In this document: positions 56,455 through 64,000 of the stretch, piece after piece | Layout of the letters: every line of letters begins with the position of its first letter | Position numbering within the stretch: position 1 is the first letter of the stretch | Assembly (NCBI GenBank): GCA_012026655.1 | Contig: JAAILG010000114.1 | Location: 1 to 64,000 of the forward strand | DNA length: 64,000 nucleotides | Reading direction: 5' to 3' | Origin: Hydrolagus affinis | Lineage: Eukaryota | Made by a program: the position numbers and the translations under genes | Notes under the pieces: model-generated | The model's database searches: none | The model's input: only the letters and a program-made list of their open reading frames with translations | Told to the model about the DNA's origin: nothing

Positions 56455-59003
56455 TAATGAATTCCTCTAAATAACAGGGTATTTAACACTCGGGAAGGCA
56501 GAACAATCTAAAACTCTGCAAAGTATGTACCAACATTGTTTTGTTTACTGCACTAATATTTCATTGTTTGAGATTTCTCCCCTTTTCTGCTGATAATCTT
56601 TGTGTAATAGTGCCAGGATTCTCTTCATGAATCATTAATTTATTGGTGGAAAGGAACAGCATCTCTCACAGTAACAGTGTGAACAGTTATAATGATCAAA
56701 AGAATGAACATTAATTTGTAGTTAGTAAAATCCTAGTTAAATGACTATTTACAGTGAAATGCACACTATCAAGACTAGTTCAGCAATCATGGGTTTACTG
56801 GAATATCGAAGCAAGGTTTCAAAATGTGCATGAAATAGTTAATACAAGTATAATACAAGATTAGGGCTGAATCATTCTTTTATTGTTTACAGTAGTCTAA
56901 AATGGTGTTCTAAAAACAGTTAATTGTAAATAATCTGAACAAATTCTTCTTGAAGGTGGACCTGATAGTCTTGAAACTTTAACTATGGATATTCTATGTC
57001 ATTTCAAAAGTCTTAAATATGAGAGGATATTATATATGATAAGGTGGGTAAAAAGATTAAATAGACAGATGAAGTACTCTATAGATTAGGCCTCAATTTA
57101 TGTTATTGTAATGTTTGAAATCAAAATAGGTGCTGCAGCATCACTGAATCTGAAATTTGTTTACTGATTTATTTGGAGATAAGTGATCTTATTATTTTTA
57201 ACTGCCATGGCAAATTAATTTGAAGGTTATATTATGAAAGGATAGAAATAAAACCCAATAATGTTACTTAAGATCATTATATGACTAGTGATGCATGAAG
57301 GAAAACTGATCAAAATTTGATGCTACTTTGGCTGAAGCAGTAAGATTATAGAAAACTGATTGCATTTCTACAAATAGTAACAGTTAAATCTAAACAAACC
57401 TCCATTTGCAAATGAATATTCAGCCTATCTTTAGAGCAATTGAATTTGTGTTTTGATGTTAAATCCTTACCACAGAAATAAATTTTAAATGTACACCATT
57501 TTATAGTGTTTAAAAATCAAAAATATTTTCTCATTTTACCAAGAATGTGGGTGATTCAGCTGTCCGTGCATTATGAAGAGGGAGTTCCAGGCTGTTTTAG
57601 ATAGAGATGCGAATGTTCAGGTTTAATCTTTGGAATTATTTATAAATTTTGTGCAAAAATATCTGCAGAGAGCATAAAACCTGTTATGCAGTTCTGTAAT
57701 TCTTTTCCCTGTGGAAATGTTAGTGCGTTTGAACAAATCTATGTTAAAGGACATTGGCAGCATATAATACTGAGAACTGCAATCTGGAGGTTAAAATGTT
57801 GAAAGTTGAATTGTGGGTTGAACATCTGAATTCTAGGCAGGTCATACAGCTCTGAAAAGGTTGTCATTGTGGTTGAAACTTGTATGACTTGAGAAGCAAG
57901 TAAAAAGGACATGCTTTGACTTAGAATCCAGTGTACAAATTAAATGCAACAGCCACGAATACGATAAGTAGTATTTCACAGTGAAACTAGTGTCCTTTAA
58001 CGATGACGCCATACAACCACCCGCTTAGTTTGGCAGTCTTTCCCACTTGAAGTATCCGTATGCTTTGAGCAATGCAGATACATCATTGATCAGTTGGCCT
58101 AGCCCTCACCTGTTTTTATCTCAAAATAGAGAGAAATATGGAATAAATCAGTGCTTGTTTTATATGGCCGAGTGCTGTTTTGCGGCACATTTCTCTTTCT
58201 TTCTACTTATTGCTCCATATGCTTATGTCTGGTATGACTTGCTCAATCCTTAGAGCTGACCTTAATCAATCCTTAGAGCTCTCTTGCTTGATTCACAGAT
58301 GTTATACAATTTGCTATCTTCTGCAGTGTTAGCAAGAACGTCAGAAAATCAACCTATCCAATCGGATAACTGGTTTAAACTGCTTCATTTGTGAGTGTGG
58401 TATGTTGGAGCTCAGAGTTGGTGCTATTCTCTCAGCTGTTGAGGAAGCAAGGAAATGTTACTGAGGGTTATCCCACCATACCTAGAGCAAGTTGAAGTGC
58501 TTCATTTAGAACGGTAGGACATTATGTGGCTTTAACAAATTACCCTCTCTTTTATTTTCTCCTTCCTCTTCTTGCTCTTCCTCCTCCCTGTCATTCCCCC
58601 CACCCCCATATACTGGGAGAATGTTCTGACATCCACTTGGCAATTACCCACACATCAGTGATTGAAATCAGGAACATTCTATATGGGGAATCATGGGTGT
58701 GAACCAGGAACCCATTACCCTAGTCCATAAAGGTCCTGTCAACTAAAAGATGGTAGATAGCATATTAATAGAACTATCCACAGAAGTAGCACTGATGCTG
58801 CAGAGCTCCACTATATACTTAAACGGGATGCTATTTGCATTGATTTACTTTTTAGCAGGTCTTGAATTGAAGTCACTTGGTCAGATTTAAAATCCTGCTT
58901 AAACTTTGTACAGATCAAATCTGACTAGATGAGACTTCAGGAAAAACCTTATCAACTTACTTTTTATTACAGGCAGGGATCATATTGTAAACCACTCTTT
59001 GAT

Positions 59004-59103
59004 NNNNNNNNNNNNNNNNNNNNNNNNNNNNNNNNNNNNNNNNNNNNNNNNNNNNNNNNNNNNNNNNNNNNNNNNNNNNNNNNNNNNNNNNNNNNNNNNN
59101 NNN
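59004..59103. other. Assembly gap (100 N)
   Basis: Run of N adjoining an L2 fragment. Confidence 0.99.
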
Positions 59104-59375
59104 GTCTTGAGACCGGTGTTGGAAGGAGGTAAGGGAGGAAGTGAGATGGAGGGAGTGTGGGGACAGAGAAGCTGAAAGCTCGGCCACCAGTGGTAGGATG
59201 GGTTGGGCAGGAGACATGGAGCAGCCGCTGAACAGAGGGGGTGGGAAGGTCGGAGAGGTAGGAGGGGGCAAGGCCATAGTTGGCCTTGAAAACCAGGACG
59301 AGGATCTTGAATTCTGTCCTCTGGCGGGTGAAGAACCAATGGAGCTGGGCAAAGGTTCGAGTGATGGGGTCGCAG
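59104..59375 (-). mobile_element. L2-clade LINE ORF2 C-terminal fragment
   Basis: DPITRTFAQLHWF..RQRTEFKILVLVFKANYGLAPSYLSDL...GGRAFSFSVPTL, similar to the copy at 20193-20637. Confidence 0.8.
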
Positions 59376-62300
59376 AGCATCAGAATGATTATAGCAGGAA
59401 CTGTTAAGATTGTAAACAAAAGTTTTGAGGGTCTAGGTTAATTTGAAATTCTTTTCGACTTTGTGGAAAATAGTACACAGCAAGTTGTTGGAACATGTTT
59501 AATTCACAAGTGAAAGACAGCATCAGCTCTGAGGAACAAAGCTCTGTGTGAGTCATGAACGTACACTATCTTCAATCATGGAAATGTGTATAGTATTCTG
59601 CAACGCCCTGTCTAATATGAGTTTGGGTAATTCGTGTGATCCGTGTTTTCGAGAGAGCATGAGTGGAATCACTTGTGAGTGAACCATAGGTAATTTACTG
59701 GGAAGGAGAAAAATTAAATGCTCTTGGTGAACTATTCATGGAGCCCCAGTTGTGGCCATGCCAATTCTCTTATTCTGAATGCCTGTCATCTGAACCAGGA
59801 TAGTGCAAAATGTTTACCGGTGCCACATAATAATCTGCCAAAAGCCTGAGTCCCACAAAATTATATGCCAGCAATTCCACATACTCCCACACTGCATCCC
59901 TTTCAAGTGCTGAGTGATCTTCTTGAGTATTATCAGAAACTCCTATACCATGGAACAAAGAATACTGAAATACCGCTTGTGGTGCAAGTTTCCTGGGGAG
60001 GTCAATACAGCCATCAAAGTATATAATGTAAATATTGTATCTAAAATATTATCTAGGATATTCGTAATAACCTATTAATTTATTGATAAAGGAAACCTGT
60101 TCTGGATCAATTTAGGCTTCACTTATGAACTTGTGTGCTTTCTCAGCACCTTGGGATATCTCCCGATGTTAAAGGCGCTCCAGAAATGTAATGTTTTTGT
60201 TGGTGTTTCACCATTTGCAGATTGGAATCTAATGCACTGATCATTTAACTGCCAATCATTCACCAACCGCAGTGTTGTAAAGACTTAATGGAAAGATCAG
60301 CATGTTGTTCAGTAACAAATATAAGTTAGACCCAACAGTATTCAGCACCATCATATGCAGCATTTCAGGTTCAGATTATGGCGAGATCAGCAATTAAGCT
60401 TTTTATCCTGTGTACAGTTTTTCACCTGGGAACTGATTAAGGCTCCCAGCAAATGTGAGAGATAAACATTTTGGTTTGGAGTTACGTTATCAGCTGCAGT
60501 TTTGATAAGGCACAAGACCTTATACAAACTCTTAGGGTATTAATTTCTGCTATCTAATAGCTTATAAACAATGCAGCCCAGAAGGATGCAGGTTCACTGC
60601 TTGGTTGGTGCCGTGTTAGCGGTTCTCAATTGGGGTGCCATGATTATCCTCCAGAGCCCTGTGCTTAGAAAAAGAGAAAATTAGCCAAAGGCTACTTACA
60701 AGGATTATTACTACTTATGGAATCATTCCTCAAGATTCAATGCTTTCATGATAGCAAGGGAGAAAAAAATCTGTTTTTATTTGAGATCCTTACTCAGCAA
60801 TAGAACAGTGAAATTTCTATTGTGTAGTGTGTAAATCAAATTACTCAGTGGTACCTTTTGTCACTGGTAGTGTTTTGCAATTCTGCTTTGAAAAGATGAA
60901 CATCTAGTCTTATTCTATTTTTCTAGTTAATTTAAAGTCTGTTAAATAAATGTGTGATTTCAGATGCATTTAATCTGCAGTTTTTGATTAGACTAGAGAT
61001 TAACAAATAATCAATCGAATTTTCTTTTTTTTTGAGCCTGCAAAAAAAAAGATCCAATCTACCTGAAGCTATATAATCTTTTTAATTACAGTATTTCAAG
61101 GTTATTCATTTAAATTGTCTGCTCAAAAAGAAGCTGGGGTAGTGGAATTCAGATGTAAATTTGTTTGTGGCCAGTGCCTAGATACAAAAAAACACGTGGG
61201 TTTCCTGAAAAATGTCAGGAGGCTGGTGCTGTTTATAGTCGAAAATGGGTGCTTAAATTAAACACTGTGGATGGGGGAGTGGAGAGGAAGTGGGGTGATT
61301 AAGCTCCAATTTGCCTGAGTCTATATATAGCAAATATAATGTATTTTGAGTAAATGTGGCCCACCTCATTGGTGTAATTTTGTTGTTGCTGTTTCGTTTA
61401 TCTGAATGGACTACAGTTGGCACTTTTGTGTGCCTTCAACTATTTTCAGTACCAAATTGTTTTATTTCCTTCCATAATGGTTGGCACTTAAAATCTTACC
61501 TTGTGATTTAATTTTGGAGGCAGGGCAGAGAATGCGTGCGCAGGGAAGGTAGAAATTACATGTGTATCAAGAATTGTTTTATTGTATGAGTGTTTTGACA
61601 TAACCAACACAGTAGAAGCAAGTTGGTATTCTGTGATGGGTGGTGTGTCAAGTGCTGAGACTTGCCTTGTAGCTGCAGATCTGATCATCTTCACAAATGC
61701 TTTCATCTCATTTAAAAATCTACTTTCTGTATATTGTTTCTTCGGCTGTTACGCATATATTCATTTATTTTGTGGCATAGTTGACTGAGAACTAATGTTT
61801 TTAGACATTCAGTAATGCCCCCAAAAATAAAATTGTCACTCAAAGTATTAAGGAGTGGTCAATAAATCTACACGTGCAGCTAGCTGTTGCATTTTGCCCA
61901 CAAAATGTAGTCAATTCATTTTACAGTGTATGGGATGATCCCAGTGTATGGGATATATTTGATATTGCGATAAGACGCTATATCAAATCCAAGTGTTTTT
62001 ATTATTGATTGAAGATTATAACCCTGTTGAAAGGTTGGAATGCTCTTTTTGACAGTTTTCTCATCTTTCCTAAGGCCATGACTTCCCAAGGTTCAGTTTG
62101 TTTGGGCCCGACACCCAGTGTACCTCACTAAAGTGAACATTCTTTATTTGTGAGTCCAGACAGTATTCATCAGCGGGTCAGTCAAATAAGAGACGTCCCA
62201 GCCATATCTGATCCTGTCCATAAGGCACATTTCACCAAAGAATATTTTTTAGATTCTTGGTTTCTACCTATGGTATGTTCACAATTTCACTAAAGGCAAA

Positions 62301-62465
62301 ATATATTTGTGCTTGAAATAGAGGAGCGATCTCTGGATGAGTTGCTCACATTATTTGAATCCCCCTATTTTCAGTCATTTCAAGAATGATAGGATCTTGA
62401 GATTGGTGCCTTTTCTATTTTTGTGTGTGTGTGTGTTTTCATCACGTTTGAGTTGAAAGGGATAC

Positions 62466-63373
62466 TGAAATCAGTGAGCATCATGTTTGAGCTTGTTTTG
62501 TCAACTTGGATAAATAAAAATAATCCTTGCATTTAGTATTTCGCCTCATGCTCTTATCCAGCACAGACTAGTTTGGTCCAATAGCTTGTTTCTGTGCTGA
62601 CATTCTGTAATTATGTCATTGAAATATCTCAAACCTCTTGTACAATTTTTCTTTAAAGTGTAGTGACTAAAGTGTAGCTGATTGTAAGTCTTATCAAATG
62701 CTTCAACAGTCTTTAATATCTGGATCCTAGAGTCTTTGTTGCTGCCCAAAATTGTTCAAATTTCTCTCTCTTCCCCCTCGCGTGATTCTTCGTCTTATCT
62801 CATGAAGTCAAAAACTCTTACTGGTGGTAAGGGTCTTCAGGTAGTGGTGTGAGGATGGTCAGTGAATAGTGGTGACATTTAAACGCAGACCAAGTGTTAG
62901 AGCGACCAAGACTGAAAGGAGAAGGTGTTGAAGAATGATTACAGGGCAAGATCGGTTCTCTACTCTACCTCTACTTCCTCTCCCACACATGGGAACATTA
63001 AAGCCAATTGAGACCAGTGAATCCAATTCTTATCTGCATGTTTCAGTGCACCACATGGTCAATTTACTAAGTATCTTCACTTTTTTCAGAACCATAAATT
63101 TTTAAACATTATGGAGATTTCAGAATATAAGGTACCGGTTTTGTTTAGCCAGTTATTGACATTATTTTCAAGACCTGTGACTGCTGGTTTCAGTGGTCTG
63201 CTTCAGTTTCAACAGCTGCCATGAAGGTTGGATCGTCAATTGTGGTAGAGTGTTGAAAATGTGATGGGTTCAGTTGTATCATCGGGTTCACAATGTTTCA
63301 ACCTCAGGCACTAATGCTTGCTTTTGCTTATTGAAATCAGTGAGCATTCATGTTTGAGCTTGTTTTGTCAACT
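62466..63373 (+). repeat. Pair of 41/42-bp direct repeats 866 bp apart
   Basis: TGAAATCAGTGAGCA(T)TCATGTTTGAGCTTGTTTTGTCAACT at 62466-62506 and 63332-63373. Confidence 0.8.
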
Positions 63374-64000
63374 CAGATATTATTGGAACTACTTTATCCA
63401 AGTATTGTAGTTTGATTGTGTTCCTGCATATAGCAGAATTTGTATACCACTAAAATGAGTTTATCTAGAGCTAAAGTTTTGATCAGTCAAATTAACTAGA
63501 GAATCCAGTGTATTTGATCGTTCGTGTCTTTAACTATGTTGTGGTTTGCGGAACCTATTTGGAGCATAACATTCAGAATCTCCTACAAAGAATTATTTGT
63601 GGAATGATGGTAGTGTCAGTTCCATTTAGATGCAGAAAATGATTTGCCAAGTTAACTACTTACATTACTGTACTTCAGATTTTAAGAAAAATTTATTGAT
63701 GTTCCATACTCTGATTAAAAGTGGTGATAGAGTGGTAAAATTGTGTTCGAGGTAGTTTATTTTTTGAGGTTTTTTGTCAAGCATCACAATTTTTGATATA
63801 CATAAACCTTTATTGATAAACTATAGAAAATTAGACCAAAGATTTGATTTTTTTTTCAGTTGGGGCATGAACTCTGATTATTGAGCCATACAGGTACCAG
63901 AGCAAAGCCATCCCATATTCCCTTGGGTGAATTGACCTTAGTCTGTTCCTATTCCTGATTGAGGTTCTTTACAAAGAAGGGTGTCTGTAGATGTTGGGTG

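Noticed and set aside
52671-64000. RNF111 coding exon in the right-hand 11 kb
   Set aside because: No ORF with Arkadia-like sequence; the region looks intronic
1-64000. CRISPR arrays, operons, rRNA or snoRNA genes
   Set aside because: Eukaryotic intron-exon DNA; no regularly spaced repeats, and no convincing C/D or H/ACA structure seen by eye (an Rfam/Infernal scan would be decisive)

Overview
Vertebrate genomic DNA. The SINE/L2 repertoire and compact introns suggest a cartilaginous fish, possibly Callorhinchus (inference). Two complete multi-exon genes can be assembled by hand with consistent GT-AG phases. MINDY2/FAM63B lies on + (9 coding exons, 4573-25621, about 574 aa, K48 deubiquitinase ending in CaaX CILL). 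SLTM lies on - (20 coding exons, 50903-30670, about 1040 aa, SAP + RRM + RE-rich coiled coil). The two genes are convergent. A CpG-island promoter at about 50.6-53 kb drives SLTM leftwards and probably a non-coding first exon rightwards (RNF111 by synteny; no coding exon seen). Introns carry many tRNA-derived SINEs, L2 fragments, Deu-type SINEs, a hAT MITE and two 100-N gaps. The most unusual signals lie in SLTM introns: (i) a 70-nt antisense copy of the exon-18 acceptor and exon start in intron 15, able to form a long duplex with an A:C mismatch at an Ile codon; (ii) a TA-flanked Tc1/pogo-like element with a 443-bp internal palindrome abutting the exon-16 acceptor; (iii) a cluster of unused strong splice signals just upstream of the RRM (in-frame alternative donor, candidate 3-nt microexon, candidate poison exons). 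All alternative-splicing and editing ideas are untested inferences from sequence alone.
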